The notes: generated by a model not told the origin, from the sequence alone. A stretch of DNA of 64,000 nucleotides from Candidatus Bathyarchaeota archaeon (GCA_963717465.1 OY970340.1:1376001-1440000); one strand, 5' to 3'. Shown: positions 28,694 through 39,124, counted from the first letter of the stretch. Made by a program: numbers and translations.

Positions 28694-30016
28694 TTAGCTA
28701 GAATTTACAGTTAAAGCTTTTCTACTGTTCCAGGCTGCAATTAAACAAGCTGATGCACTAGGATCTAAAGAAGTGGATAAGTAGTACTTGACCGTTTTTT
28801 CGTCAAACTTGTGGCCTTCAAAAGTTTGGTTCTTGCTGTTCCAAATTATCGTCCCTTCTTCATTCCTCTCCTTAAAAGTTCCAATACTTTCATGAAAAGC
28901 TCGATGAGAAAAGACGATAGCTGTAAGTATTTCAGGTTTTAAGCTAAGGGGGTCAATTATAAATCCCAAAAAGAAAAGTTTGATCTTACCCTCTTTCCTT
29001 AACTGATTAAACTCCTTAAAAGGTGAATCGTTATCCCAATCAATTTCGTATCTTATCTTTTCACTTGAAATGCTTGGGTTAATTAATTCCTCGTAATATT
29101 CCCGCATAATAGTTTTCCAAATATCAAAATCCTTCTCAATCATCACATCCGAATCTGATGAAGGCTGAAATTCACCCGCAGGAACAATATGCATTAACCC
29201 TTCCCCAATCGCTACATCTCTCGAACTTCGTTGATGCAAAATGAAACGGTAATCACCATCCTGCTGAAAAAGTGTGATTGCTTCAACACCCAAACCCGAA
29301 CAACGAGCACCTAGCTCAACAGGGTTACCAAATGCTTTTCTAGCTTTAAGAGTGTCCCACTTCATTTTTTTCCCAGATTTTCGAGTTTGAATCTCTTTTC
29401 TGGCGCTCTCATAAGCGAGGGCTTCTAAAGTGCTAAACGAGTCAAAATATTTCCCAAGTCGAAATATCAACTCGTAATCTTTTCCAATTTCTATGTCCGT
29501 TATTCTATAATGTGGCATATCCCACCAAAGTCTAGGCTTGTCAAGTTTGCCTACCATATCACTGTATCTCGTCAACTTGGACTCACTGTAGTTTTTCGGC
29601 CACAAATATTCAAAAGCTTTCTCTGCGCCCTTTAATCCGCATTCTTCGAAGCATTCGGTTCTGTTCTCCACAATTTTTTTATCAGAATTCCAATTTTGAT
29701 CCTTCAAAACTTCAACTCTGTCCAGAGTGATCGCAGGATTCGGAACCCATCCAGCCTTCGTCAAAACAAAAGCATTAAACATTTTGCCTTCCAACTTGCA
29801 TTCTAACCTTGTATAGCCAACAGAATTCTTCACGTAAAAATCAAAAGCTTCCTTTGTCAATTTAAGACGATTTTGTTTTAAATAACGTCTAGCCTGCAAA
29901 AATGCTTCTTTTTCTCTTTGCATTCGCGTTCTCTTTATGTTCGGATAACCAAAGTAGATAGCGACAACAAGACTAATAATAGCAAGAACAATTGGAAATG
30001 CACTTAACCAATCCAC
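28694..30016 (-). CDS. Membrane-anchored protein with a divergent Nudix-like domain
   Basis: N-terminal TM; LHQRSS.DVA...HIVPAGEFQPS...DFDIWKTIMREYYEEL. Confidence 0.65.
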   Translation of the reverse strand: MDWLSAFPIVLAIISLVVAIYFGYPNIKRTRMQREKEAFLQARRYLKQNRLKLTKEAFDFYVKNSVGYTRLECKLEGKMFNAFVLTKAGWVPNPAITLDRVEVLKDQNWNSDKKIVENRTECFEECGLKGAEKAFEYLWPKNYSESKLTRYSDMVGKLDKPRLWWDMPHYRITDIEIGKDYELIFRLGKYFDSFSTLEALAYESARKEIQTRKSGKKMKWDTLKARKAFGNPVELGARCSGLGVEAITLFQQDGDYRFILHQRSSRDVAIGEGLMHIVPAGEFQPSSDSDVMIEKDFDIWKTIMREYYEELINPSISSEKIRYEIDWDNDSPFKEFNQLRKEGKIKLFFLGFIIDPLSLKPEILTAIVFSHRAFHESIGTFKERNEEGTIIWNSKNQTFEGHKFDEKTVKYYLSTSLDPSASACLIAAWNSRKALTVNSS

Positions 30017-30357
30017 GTTAAAGTCAAAATAAACTTCTTTTTACCCTACTTAATCTTTTGTTGTAACAATTAAGTACCAATAATGCCTCACAGGTACCTT
30101 GTTCCCCTTGACTGCAGTTCATTTAGAAAAGGCTTTGACCTTGACCCTCGCCTTTATTTGCAGTCGCAATGGCAGCAAAACTCCCCTTTAATAAATCGGA
30201 ATCCTGAAGTAGCTTCAAAAATCATTTAAGCTAAAACGGTAATTGCCAAACCGATTTCACTATTGCCTATTGCTTGTTAATGAACCTCACGCGAGTCCCG
30301 TATATATGGGTTTTACATTTTGCATTAGGACGATTTTTTGCGCATAAACTTTAGATA

Positions 30358-31869
30358 CTATTTTTCTTTATTCACTATATTGCTGTAGGTTTCAGCACTT
30401 GCTCTTCTTCTACGCAATTTAGTCTGCAGATCAATCGTGCACAATCCAAACTTCTTGCCGAAGCCTTGCGCCCATTCATAATTGTCTGTTAGAGCCCAAT
30501 GGAAATATCCGCGGACATCAATTTTTTCTTCGCTAACTGCTTTTTCTAAAACTTTCAAATGTTCAGTTATGAATCTGGATCTAAGCGCATCTCTTTCATC
30601 TGCAAGACCATTTTCCGTAACGTAAAGTGGCTTTCCATACTTTTTCATCGCATTCAATGCCTCAAGCAACCCCTCTGGATACACTTCCCACCCTGAATCA
30701 GTAGTTGGCAAACCCTCAGCTGATTTGGCGGCAGGTTTACAACCAAAACCGTAATTCTCAACTATCTGTGGAATTACTGGAATTCCAACAAAAATCTTTG
30801 CTAACAAAAACTTTCTTCCCTTCACAACAAACCTAGTATAATAATTCACGCCTATCCAGTCAAGGCGTTGTCCAAGATAATTTTTAATTTCTTTTTCTTG
30901 CTTTATTCCGCTGAGGTTCTCATTCAACCAGCCATCACAAAGCGACTGTATAAAGAAGTGATTATGCATGTTATCCATAAACTTCGCAGCGTCAGCATCA
31001 GGCTTCCTACTAGGCGAAAATGGTCTTGCTGGAATCACATTATGTATTAATCCAACATTTGCAGGACTGCCACTTTCCTTATCAGCTTTTATCGTGTCAA
31101 ACTTCTTTATTGCATCATAGGCACGGGCATGAGCAATGACAAGATGCCGAGCGGCTTTCCTTGAAGCCCTAAAATTGTTCACGCCAGGAGGAAATCCTGA
31201 TTGAGCTATGATATAGCCAGTTTCAGGTATTACTCCAGGCTCATTAAAAGTTGCCCAGTTATCAACTATGTCCCCTAACTTCCAAGCCATGAACGCAGCA
31301 TATTTAGTGAATTCTACAATTGTATTTTCATCAATCCAACCTTTAGGGCCTCTAAGCAAGCGTGTTTTACGCACGATGATAGGATCATGAATCCATAAAG
31401 GCAGAGTAAAATGGTTCAAACACACAAACACTTGAAAATCGTTACTGCGTAAATCCTCAATGACTTGTCGATAGTGGCTAACCGCCTCAATGTTAGCGAT
31501 TTTCTCTAAAGCTTTGAGGACAGACTCATCAACTTCAATTCTTGCTATATTTCCATCAGAAGCCCTCTCAATTTCGACTTTGACGCTGGACGTGTTTTTA
31601 GGAAAAATTCTACTCCATTCAATCCCTATTCGATAAGCGTTTAAACCAAGTTCTTTGGCAATTGCATGATCTTGCTTGTAGAGATTCCAGTTGTTTATGC
31701 CTTTTTCAGGTAGGTTTCCGCTGACGATTCCTTTCTTAATGTTAAATGCATCGTGAACCCAAACATACCAATCCGTGTTGGGATCGATACTTTTTCCTTC
31801 AGGGTCACCCATCTCAAATTGAAATCCGCTTTCAGATACACCCCATAAAAAATCCTTTGAAAAAGTCAT
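30358..31869 (-). CDS. Glycoside hydrolase family 1 beta-glycosidase (archaeal LacS/BgaS type)
   Basis: FLWGVSESGFQFEMG, TFNEP (acid/base), YVTENG (nucleophile), DNYEWAQG. Confidence 0.95.
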   Translation of the reverse strand: MTFSKDFLWGVSESGFQFEMGDPEGKSIDPNTDWYVWVHDAFNIKKGIVSGNLPEKGINNWNLYKQDHAIAKELGLNAYRIGIEWSRIFPKNTSSVKVEIERASDGNIARIEVDESVLKALEKIANIEAVSHYRQVIEDLRSNDFQVFVCLNHFTLPLWIHDPIIVRKTRLLRGPKGWIDENTIVEFTKYAAFMAWKLGDIVDNWATFNEPGVIPETGYIIAQSGFPPGVNNFRASRKAARHLVIAHARAYDAIKKFDTIKADKESGSPANVGLIHNVIPARPFSPSRKPDADAAKFMDNMHNHFFIQSLCDGWLNENLSGIKQEKEIKNYLGQRLDWIGVNYYTRFVVKGRKFLLAKIFVGIPVIPQIVENYGFGCKPAAKSAEGLPTTDSGWEVYPEGLLEALNAMKKYGKPLYVTENGLADERDALRSRFITEHLKVLEKAVSEEKIDVRGYFHWALTDNYEWAQGFGKKFGLCTIDLQTKLRRRRASAETYSNIVNKEK

Positions 31870-32351
31870 AACCTCACCAATACTCGCTAGGCATTATGTG
31901 CTATTAAATTTATTCGTTAATCAAGGTAGAAACATCAAAAATTGTAAACGGTGAAATTATAGGCCATTATCTTGGCAATCTTGAATCAGTCGCCCACGAA
32001 AAATGAGAACATCAGCTGAACCGCTAACTGTGAAAGGCTTTTCGCATGGTTCTGCGCTCATTTACGCTGTCAATTTTGGAGCATTCAGGTTAGAATTTTT
32101 GCAACAATGAGGCTAAAAGGGAGCAAATTCTGTACGTTGAAATGAAATTTTAAACATTATTTTGGATAAGTAAATTTGCCGTTTTTTTGCATTTTTCACC
32201 TTGAAAAAAGCAGGAATAATTTAAAAATAAATGAAAATATGTATATAAATTCAAAATTGCTAATTTTAATATAAAAATGTAATAAAAACTATGTTAAAAT
32301 ATTAACATAAAATGTGATAACCCTTATGAACTTCGAAAGCAATCCTATGGT

Positions 32352-33311
32352 ATGACACTGGGAAGTATACCCAAAACTGAAACCAGCACTGTAGCCCTGA
32401 CCCAAACTCAAATCATCAAGGGTTATGCGCAGTTCATTTCAGCAGAACGTGGATTAATGCTTTTCATGTTAGTTGTAGGTTCAACTTTCATAACAGGTAA
32501 TGCATTAAGTCTGGGCAATGCAGCAAGTTTGTGGCCAGCAGCAATCTATCTCGGATTAATCACTTTTTGCATATGGAGTGCAGCTGATGCAATGAACAAT
32601 ATCTGCGATATGAACCTGGACGTTTATTCTGACCCTTTCAGAGCACAATTTACGAAAAGAATAGGCAAAACTGGATTGTATATCGCCATCGCGTTTACAG
32701 TTTTAGCTCTGGTCTTAGGGGCAATTGCACTGAATCCCTACGTTTTCCTATTCACCGCAATCGGTCTTGGCATAGGTGCATTATATTCGGTTCCTCCGAT
32801 AAGGCTAAGAAAAACACCTTTCAAAGCAATGGTTAACTTTTCTGTAGGCGGCGTGCCAATCGCGATCGTGGCAGCATACTTTGGTCTTTCATCAATAAAC
32901 ATGATAACCTTGATTTTGCTCATGGGCATAACGATATCAGTATACAGTCTATGGGAAGACTTAGCGGATTTCGCATCAGACCTTGGCGGTGGCTCTCGCA
33001 CGGTTCCGATAATAATGGGCTTTAAGCGTGGCCTGGTTCTGACAGTAATACTGGGTTACGTAATAATGGGGTTGATGGCGCTCGTCGGAGTCATGTTTGG
33101 TCTTCAATGGTACTACTTCGGCGTTATCTTGTTTGTCGCGGTTTTCATTTCAGCTAGGCTTGTCCAAAAAAGAGATTTGTTAGTTAAAAAAGTAAAAGAA
33201 GATGCGACTCTTTACAAGCTAGGAGAGACTTTAGCCAGAGACTTTCTACTAGTAGCAGTAATTTTTACGATCACTCTAATGGTAAGTGGCTTATTGTTGA
33301 AAGTTAGCTAA
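32352..33311 (+). CDS. UbiA family prenyltransferase
   Basis: NNICDMNLD and EDLADFASD Asp-rich motifs; YSVPPIRLRK. Confidence 0.9.
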   Translation: MTLGSIPKTETSTVALTQTQIIKGYAQFISAERGLMLFMLVVGSTFITGNALSLGNAASLWPAAIYLGLITFCIWSAADAMNNICDMNLDVYSDPFRAQFTKRIGKTGLYIAIAFTVLALVLGAIALNPYVFLFTAIGLGIGALYSVPPIRLRKTPFKAMVNFSVGGVPIAIVAAYFGLSSINMITLILLMGITISVYSLWEDLADFASDLGGGSRTVPIIMGFKRGLVLTVILGYVIMGLMALVGVMFGLQWYYFGVILFVAVFISARLVQKRDLLVKKVKEDATLYKLGETLARDFLLVAVIFTITLMVSGLLLKVS

Positions 33312-33470
33312 CGACGCTATTCCTTTCGCCAACTTCTTTGTAGCACTTCTTTAGCTTTGCTTCTGCTGAAATTTCAGGTAAATTCTGTTCGATATTTCTC
33401 ACATATATACCTGCATGTTAGCAACTATTAATTACTACATTTGCTGTAAACACAGTTCAGTGATGTTAAC

Positions 33471-34112
33471 ATGTCTGAAAATTTCGCTAAAAAATGGGGA
33501 CAAAAAGAAAACAATAATGACTCGCTATCTCAAATGATTAGAGGCTCGCCTCCGCTGAAACCACGCTTAGACGTAGCGACAAGAAGACTCGACCTGCAAA
33601 TAAGCAAGCTTGATCAAGCTAACGAACGCTTCACTCAAAAAGACAGAGCATTGTTCACCAAGCTGGTTGATGCTTACCAGAAACACGATATGTCGCATGC
33701 CAACATGTATGCCACAGAATTAGCTGAAGTCCGCAAAATGTCCAAGTTAACAATGAACGCTAGACTTGCCTTAGATCAAGTGTCGTTTAGAATAAGAACT
33801 GTAACGGAGCTAGGAGACGTCGTTTCCACACTAGGACCTTGCGTGGGCGTGCTTAGAAATGTCAGCTCCAGCATGGGCGGTATACTGCCTGAAGCTGAAA
33901 ATGAACTAGGCGATATCGGTAACATGCTCAGTGGCTTAATGTTTGATGCCGGAGCAAGCAGCAGTGGAATGTCATTAAATTTCAACTCAGTAAATGAGGA
34001 CGCATCAAAAATCCTCGCAGAAGCAGCAGTAGTCGCAGAGCAGAAAGTCAACGCAAACTTCCCTGATATGCCACCAGGAATGCCAACTTCAACCAACAAG
34101 TCACACGTTTAA
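33471..34112 (+). CDS. Snf7/ESCRT-III (CdvB-like) protein
   Basis: A.MYATELAEVRKM...ARLALDQV..RIRT..ELGDVV..L.P; EDASKIL.EA; C-terminal FPDMP. Confidence 0.88.
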   Translation: MSENFAKKWGQKENNNDSLSQMIRGSPPLKPRLDVATRRLDLQISKLDQANERFTQKDRALFTKLVDAYQKHDMSHANMYATELAEVRKMSKLTMNARLALDQVSFRIRTVTELGDVVSTLGPCVGVLRNVSSSMGGILPEAENELGDIGNMLSGLMFDAGASSSGMSLNFNSVNEDASKILAEAAVVAEQKVNANFPDMPPGMPTSTNKSHV

Positions 34113-34203
34113 AGAATCCCCTCAGCCTTTCTTTTTTTTATTGCTCTTCTAATCACGTTGTTAATCCAAATGCGCTAAAATCTAAGCAAATGAAAAACCA
34201 CTA

Positions 34204-34578
34204 TTATTCGATATTCTTTTGTTTAAGCTTCGTATTTATAACACTTAGCAATTTTTCAGGATTGATCGGCTTGCTCAGAAAAGCATCTGCGCCCTTGGCC
34301 TGATTTTTCAGTTGGATTTTACCCGTAAGCATAATTTTTACTGCTTTTGGTGATGATTTTTCAATTAATGGAATAAGTTCAATGCCTTCCATATCTGGAA
34401 GACAAAAATCAACAAGTGCAACATCAAAACGATTAGTGTGTAACTTTTCAATTGCTTCCTTGCCGTTTTTGGCAACAGTTACTGAAAAACCTTTATTCTG
34501 AAATATTTTATAAAAAACCCTTAATATTGAGGCGTCATCATCAACAATAAGCATAATCGGTTTGTATTTCATTAACAA
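34204..34578 (-). CDS. Single-domain response regulator receiver
   Basis: LIVDDD, D..LPDMEG, MLTG, KP. Confidence 0.92.
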   Translation of the reverse strand: MLMKYKPIMLIVDDDASILRVFYKIFQNKGFSVTVAKNGKEAIEKLHTNRFDVALVDFCLPDMEGIELIPLIEKSSPKAVKIMLTGKIQLKNQAKGADAFLSKPINPEKLLSVINTKLKQKNIE

Positions 34579-34830
34579 AGCAGAAAACGCCTATATTTTA
34601 TGAAGCAAGCCTTAACTAATAAATATTATGCTGGCTGCGAATTGCTGAAATGGCGCTGGGAGTTGGATTTGAAAGTTTGAGTTTGTGATGCTGAAGTGGG
34701 CGTGTTTGGCTCGTGGTTTCTGGTTTTAGGGGCAGGAGGAAAGGGCTTGGGAAATTTTGTGGTTCAATTGCTTTTGAACTGTTGCTTACTTTAGATTGAA
34801 TGTTGTTAGTTTTTCGGCGGTATTGTTTGG

Positions 34831-35315
34831 GTGGTTGTTCATGTGTGGGTGTGGAAATTTGATGGCCTGCCGTTGAGGGCAGTTTTCTCGCCCGGCAACA
34901 AGTTTGACGGACCGTTTCTTCCAAGGCTTATTGAAGATTTAGAGGCAGACTACATTTTAGCAGATGAAGCTTATTGCTCAAAGCGCAATTTTAAAGCCCG
35001 TCAGAGACATGGGAGCTGTGCCAGTCATCGCTAATAATCCCCGCAAGAAAGGGAAAAGTCATAAAATTGAGTCAGATGCACTCTTGAAGACTAAGCGTTA
35101 TGTGATTGAGCAGTTCAATGGACATATAAAGGACAATGTTTTGGGTGAATGCTGGCTTTGGCCAAGAGGCCTAGTGAAGAAGGCATCGATGGTTATGGCT
35201 GGTTTGATTTGTTACGATGTTGAGGCAGTGCGATCGCTTGTTGCTCGTGATGAAAGTCTAAAAAGCATAAGCAAGTACTGGGCTTGACCCAATAACAAAA
35301 GGTTATGGAGCCCTC
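34831..35315 (+). mobile_element. Truncated, frameshifted IS4/IS5-type DDE transposase remnant
   Basis: GLPL....SPGN..D...ILADEAY, then R.VIEQFNG; putative terminal ...TTATGGAGCCCTC; left end not found. Confidence 0.75.
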
Positions 35316-35945
35316 AACGACACCAAACCAATGGTTTACGCGAGTACCAGCCCAGACCTGCTTAAAGATAACTTAACAGCAAACAGAATAAAAAACTAAT
35401 TGTGCACAGTTCTAAATGATAGAAAAACCCTTGAATTTTCAAAGGCTCTTGTCCCGATCCAACTAATATGCATAGTAACTGATTGCCTAAACCTAAAGGA
35501 AAAGCTCTTCTGGTGCAGCTTCGTGAGTTCAAATCCCCATTCTGCTCTATCATGGTAAAACATATAGCGAGCAATCCATAATCTCTAAAATTTATTGCAG
35601 ATAATTTAAAGTTGAATTAAGAAGAAAAAATAGTGCTTTTCTTTCTTGCGTTGGTGGGCCGCTGGGATTCAACGCACAATCGGTTAAGGGAATTAAAACC
35701 TAAGAAAAAAGAAGGAAAAAACGTGCAAACGGCGCACGCTCATGGTCGGTTCCCATCAAACCAACCAACGGCGCCTTGAAGAGTTTTTTCGAAAAAAGGA
35801 TTTTGCGAGAACATCCATTGCATGTGAGGTTTAAATCCTCACCCTTCTAGGGAAGACATCACGACCGCGGCTTTTCCACATACGATGTTTAACTTTTAAG
35901 TAGGCTTTAGTAATAGTTTATCTTTAACGATTAGTCGGTGACAAA

Positions 35946-36152
35946 ATGAAATTCGGTGTTGTAGTTGAAAAAGATGAAGATGGCTACTTCATTGCTTCGG
36001 TTCCGGAGTTGCCTAGTTGCCATTCTCAAGCCAAAACTCTTGATCAAGTAATGAAAAGGGTCAAGGAAGCCATTCAGGCTTATTTGGAAGCCAAAGGAGC
36101 TAAGAGCCACGTGCACACCGAACTCGTTGGGGTTCAGTTCGTAGAGGTTTAA
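35946..36152 (+). CDS. hicB: HicB family antitoxin (short)
   Basis: EKDEDGYFIASVPELPSCHSQAKTLD...VKEAI. Confidence 0.9.
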   Translation: MKFGVVVEKDEDGYFIASVPELPSCHSQAKTLDQVMKRVKEAIQAYLEAKGAKSHVHTELVGVQFVEV

Positions 36153-36340
36153 GCTGAATGAGCTTGAAACCACAATCGGCAAAAAAGATAATCAAGACCT
36201 GTTAAAAATACTTCGGCAAATCAAGATTCAGTTCTGAAAAGCCTATTGTTGTTATTAAGGAATTGGTTGGCCTCACTATTTGTCTCTAAATTCATTGTGA
36301 GATAGGTTCTTATGATTGCTACTTCATCTTACTTTCTGGT

Positions 36341-36589
36341 ATGTTCATGGTAACTCGTAAATATGCTTTTTTGCTTGAGGCTGCTGAGGAAGGAGGCTTT
36401 GTAGTTAAATCTATTGAGCTCCCAGTTGCATCTCAAGGCGAAACTAGAGAAGAAGCCTTAAAGAACATTAAAGAAGCAATAGAAGGTTACTTGGAAGTCA
36501 AAGCCCAAATTCTCAAACGCAAAGTCAAGGTCGAAAAGGCTGAAGTAATTGTCGAAGCTCCCTCTTCTCTCTTGGCAGAAAATTGTTAA
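36341..36589 (+). CDS. hicB: HicB family antitoxin
   Basis: EEGGFVV...LPVASQGETREEALKNIKEAIEGYL. Confidence 0.9.
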   Translation: MFMVTRKYAFLLEAAEEGGFVVKSIELPVASQGETREEALKNIKEAIEGYLEVKAQILKRKVKVEKAEVIVEAPSSLLAENC

Positions 36590-36774
36590 GGCTCTTACTA
36601 AAGCCGGCTTTCAGGTTGTTTTGGCAAAAGGGAAGCCACTTGATTCTGGCTAAAGACGAAGTCATAGTTCCAGTTCCCAAGCATGACGAAATTAAACGCG
36701 GGCTGTTAATGGAAATCATTGCTGAAGCTGGTTTAACAAAAGAAGAATTCATTAAAATTTTAGAAACCGTGTAA
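36549..36774 (+). pseudogene. hicA: HicA toxin, frameshifted
   Basis: TTG-SKLPLLSWQKIVKALTKAGF shifts to QKGSHLIL...VPVPKHDEIKRGLL..II.EAGL. Confidence 0.8.
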
Positions 36775-36832
36775 CCCTCTGGCCTTCGAAGGACAATACC
36801 GTGTGCCCTTGATAAGAATCAATTATCTAATG

Positions 36833-37192
36833 TTATTCGAGCAGCAGTTTTTTCTGTTGGCTTTTTGTTCCTTTTATCAATTGCCCCTTTTTGATTATAT
36901 TATCTTTAAGTGTTGAAGGGACCTGCCTTATTTCCAACAAATCAACCGGCATTCTTAGCTCTCCTTCAATCTCTGAGTTCAAACGCAAAAAATCGTCAAA
37001 ACCAACCTGAGGATCAGTATAAACCGCAACATCAACGTCTCGAACAACCGCTCGTCTCGTTATGCTGCCAAAAAGCCAAGCAAGTTTGACGACTTTTTTT
37101 TCATCGAGAAAAAACTTCAATCTACTGACTAAACGAGCTTTCTGTTCTACACTTAAATTGTAATAATAAACTCGGTCATAAACCATTTCCAT
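36833..37192 (-). CDS. Minimal nucleotidyltransferase (MNT) antitoxin
   Basis: AWLFGS...RDVDVAV...VDL; start taken at MEMVYD. Confidence 0.85.
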   Translation of the reverse strand: MEMVYDRVYYYNLSVEQKARLVSRLKFFLDEKKVVKLAWLFGSITRRAVVRDVDVAVYTDPQVGFDDFLRLNSEIEGELRMPVDLLEIRQVPSTLKDNIIKKGQLIKGTKSQQKKLLLE

Positions 37193-37604
37193 ACTTATCC
37201 CCAACAATCTCCAAGAATTTATCAACGCCCCTAAAATCATTCTTAATGGAATTGTAAACACGCTCATCATCAATAACCCAATAATGATGAGCCAGCAAAT
37301 TCCTAAGCCGAACGAGCGGACGAAGATCCTTTGCACAGTCGCTACAAACGCCTTGCTCATCAAGGAACGTGAAGCATTCAGAGTATGAAAAAGGGGTCTG
37401 GCTAAATTCTTCAGTGGCTATATGCAGGCAAATCGAGCCCAACGCCTCAGCTAGAACTATTACATGATATCTGATAGCGTATTTCGTTTCCAAGTTCAGC
37501 TCTACGAAAGGCTTTGAAGTTAGCCTCTTTAGCTCTGCTTTCGCGCCTAAAACCTCAGCAATCCGCTGTTTAAGCTGGTTAACGTCAACGGGCATTTTTA
37601 CCAA
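37176..37604 (-). CDS. HEPN (DUF86) toxin
   Basis: RLRNLLAHHYWVIDD (RX4H motif); overlaps the MNT gene. Confidence 0.88.
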   Translation of the reverse strand: MVKMPVDVNQLKQRIAEVLGAKAELKRLTSKPFVELNLETKYAIRYHVIVLAEALGSICLHIATEEFSQTPFSYSECFTFLDEQGVCSDCAKDLRPLVRLRNLLAHHYWVIDDERVYNSIKNDFRGVDKFLEIVGDKYGNGL

Positions 37605-37687
37605 AATACACTATCTTAAGTTGAGCATATTACTGTTACTCTAACTTCAATTCAGCGCAATGATGCTATTTTCAAGATCTTAAAACG

Positions 37688-37870
37688 TTGGCTGAGGAGC
37701 TCCCAAAACTACGCCTTGCTGTTGAAGAGTTAGCTGAAACTCTGGAAGTTCTAAGCGATAAAAAACTGATTAAAAGCATTGACGCCAGCTCTAAAGACAT
37801 CAAGGAGGGCAGAGTATTCAGCTACAAGGAACTCCTCGCAGAGCTGAAAATTAATGAAAAAGAAATGTGA
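37688..37870 (+). CDS. Antitoxin-like protein (YefM/RelB C-terminal type), followed by a RelE-like stub
   Basis: EELAETLEVLSD..LI.SI..S..DIKEGRV; overlapping MKKKCEIQFTREFLKQ* fragment. Confidence 0.6.
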   Translation: MAEELPKLRLAVEELAETLEVLSDKKLIKSIDASSKDIKEGRVFSYKELLAELKINEKEM

Positions 37871-38159
37871 AATCCAGTTCACCAGAGAATTCCTTAAGCA
37901 ATCGTAATAAACCCTTTCACTCGTTTTTCTGGTTTTGATCAAGAGCCCAAGGTGATACGCTCGCAGAAGTCATGGACAACGTGAAAGAAGCCATAAGCCT
38001 CTACATAGAAACGCTTACAAAAAAAGAAAAGAAAGAAAGTTGAAGAAGCAATAGAGAAACCCCCCTAAATTTCTACCATAGTTGGAGGTTCAAATCCCTC
38101 CTCGCCCGCTACTAATATCCCCAACCCATTTTTTGGCTTACTACCTACACCAATGCTTT

Positions 38160-38615
38160 TTAGAGCCTCATTTTCTTAGCCACTTCTTTAGGTATCGGAT
38201 TCTCGATGATTAGACCCCTCTCATTACATACTCTTGCTATGTGTTTGTCGTTGCTCACAATTACGGATATTTCATTTGTTTCCGCAATCGCGATTAAGGC
38301 CGCGTCAAAGGACCTGGCATTGTGAAGTTTGGCTATCTCTAAGGCTTTTCGGGTTGCATCGGCAGAAAGAGTTAGAAATCGTATTCTTGTGCTTCTAGTC
38401 AAGCCATCAAGCTTGTAGAATGCTTCTTGTCTTTCCACGCCATAACCCTCGACTAATGCATGATATGCTTCTAGCAAATTCGCTGTGGCGATCGCTGCAC
38501 TTACCTTGCCATGAACTGCATTCTGCAATAGTGGCCAACAGTATGGGTGTGCATCATGTTTCTGGAAAAGAGCATAAGAAAGGATGTCTGCGTCGATTAT
38601 TCTCATCGTATCCAA
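38160..38615 (-). CDS. vapC: PIN-domain (VapC) toxin
   Basis: IIDADIL...LLEAY...SFDAALIA.A...IVSND. Confidence 0.88.
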   Translation of the reverse strand: MDTMRIIDADILSYALFQKHDAHPYCWPLLQNAVHGKVSAAIATANLLEAYHALVEGYGVERQEAFYKLDGLTRSTRIRFLTLSADATRKALEIAKLHNARSFDAALIAIAETNEISVIVSNDKHIARVCNERGLIIENPIPKEVAKKMRL

Positions 38616-38851
38616 GCCTTTTCACGTGAGAACGCCTTATCACGTGCTTCTGGACTACCACTTTTACAGGGTTCTCTTAGGGAACGAATTGCTAAATCGT
38701 CTTCTTCAACTAGCGGAATTAGCTCGATAGCGTCTTCCCTGGCGATTAATTCTAATTTACCATCCTCTAAAAGACCATATTTCTCCCTGATTTCTTTTGG
38801 TATGACTATACGTCCTTGCTTGTCAATTGCCACTTTCAATGGAATCACCAT
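38603..38851 (-). CDS. vapB: AbrB/MazE-type (VapB) antitoxin
   Basis: IDKQGRIVIPKEIREKYGL; overlaps the PIN gene. Confidence 0.88.
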   Translation of the reverse strand: MVIPLKVAIDKQGRIVIPKEIREKYGLLEDGKLELIAREDAIELIPLVEEDDLAIRSLREPCKSGSPEARDKAFSREKAWIR

Positions 38852-38869
38852 ATACCATCACCACTTAAT

Positions 38870-39035
38870 TTACATATAATCCTTGCCTTTGACAGTTTTT
38901 GGAACTCGCATTCCAGCAATATCTTTCCATTTAATCTGAGAATTTTCTTCTTTTACTTCTGCAGGTATACGTTTTGCCGCTTCCCCAATAATCTCAAAAT
39001 TCCTTACCACTGCGTCTACAACAAGAGTATCCTTT
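38870..39035 (-). pseudogene. Internal fragment of a DUF86/HEPN gene
   Basis: DAVVRNFEIIGEAAKRIP.E......KWKDIAGMR, truncated before the catalytic His. Confidence 0.8.
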
Positions 39036-39124
39036 ACAAACTTTAGGATCAAATTTCTAATTTTAGAGGAAAACAAAAAAGAGCAGGAAGCTTTTTAATT
39101 AACAAAAAGTGCGGGCGTAGAATA

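Noticed and set aside
34616..34924. Minus-strand 102-aa ORF
   Set aside because: Low-complexity antisense frame over the IS remnant
37193..37363. N-terminal extension of the MNT ORF
   Set aside because: Overlaps the HEPN gene in another frame; the true start is near 37192
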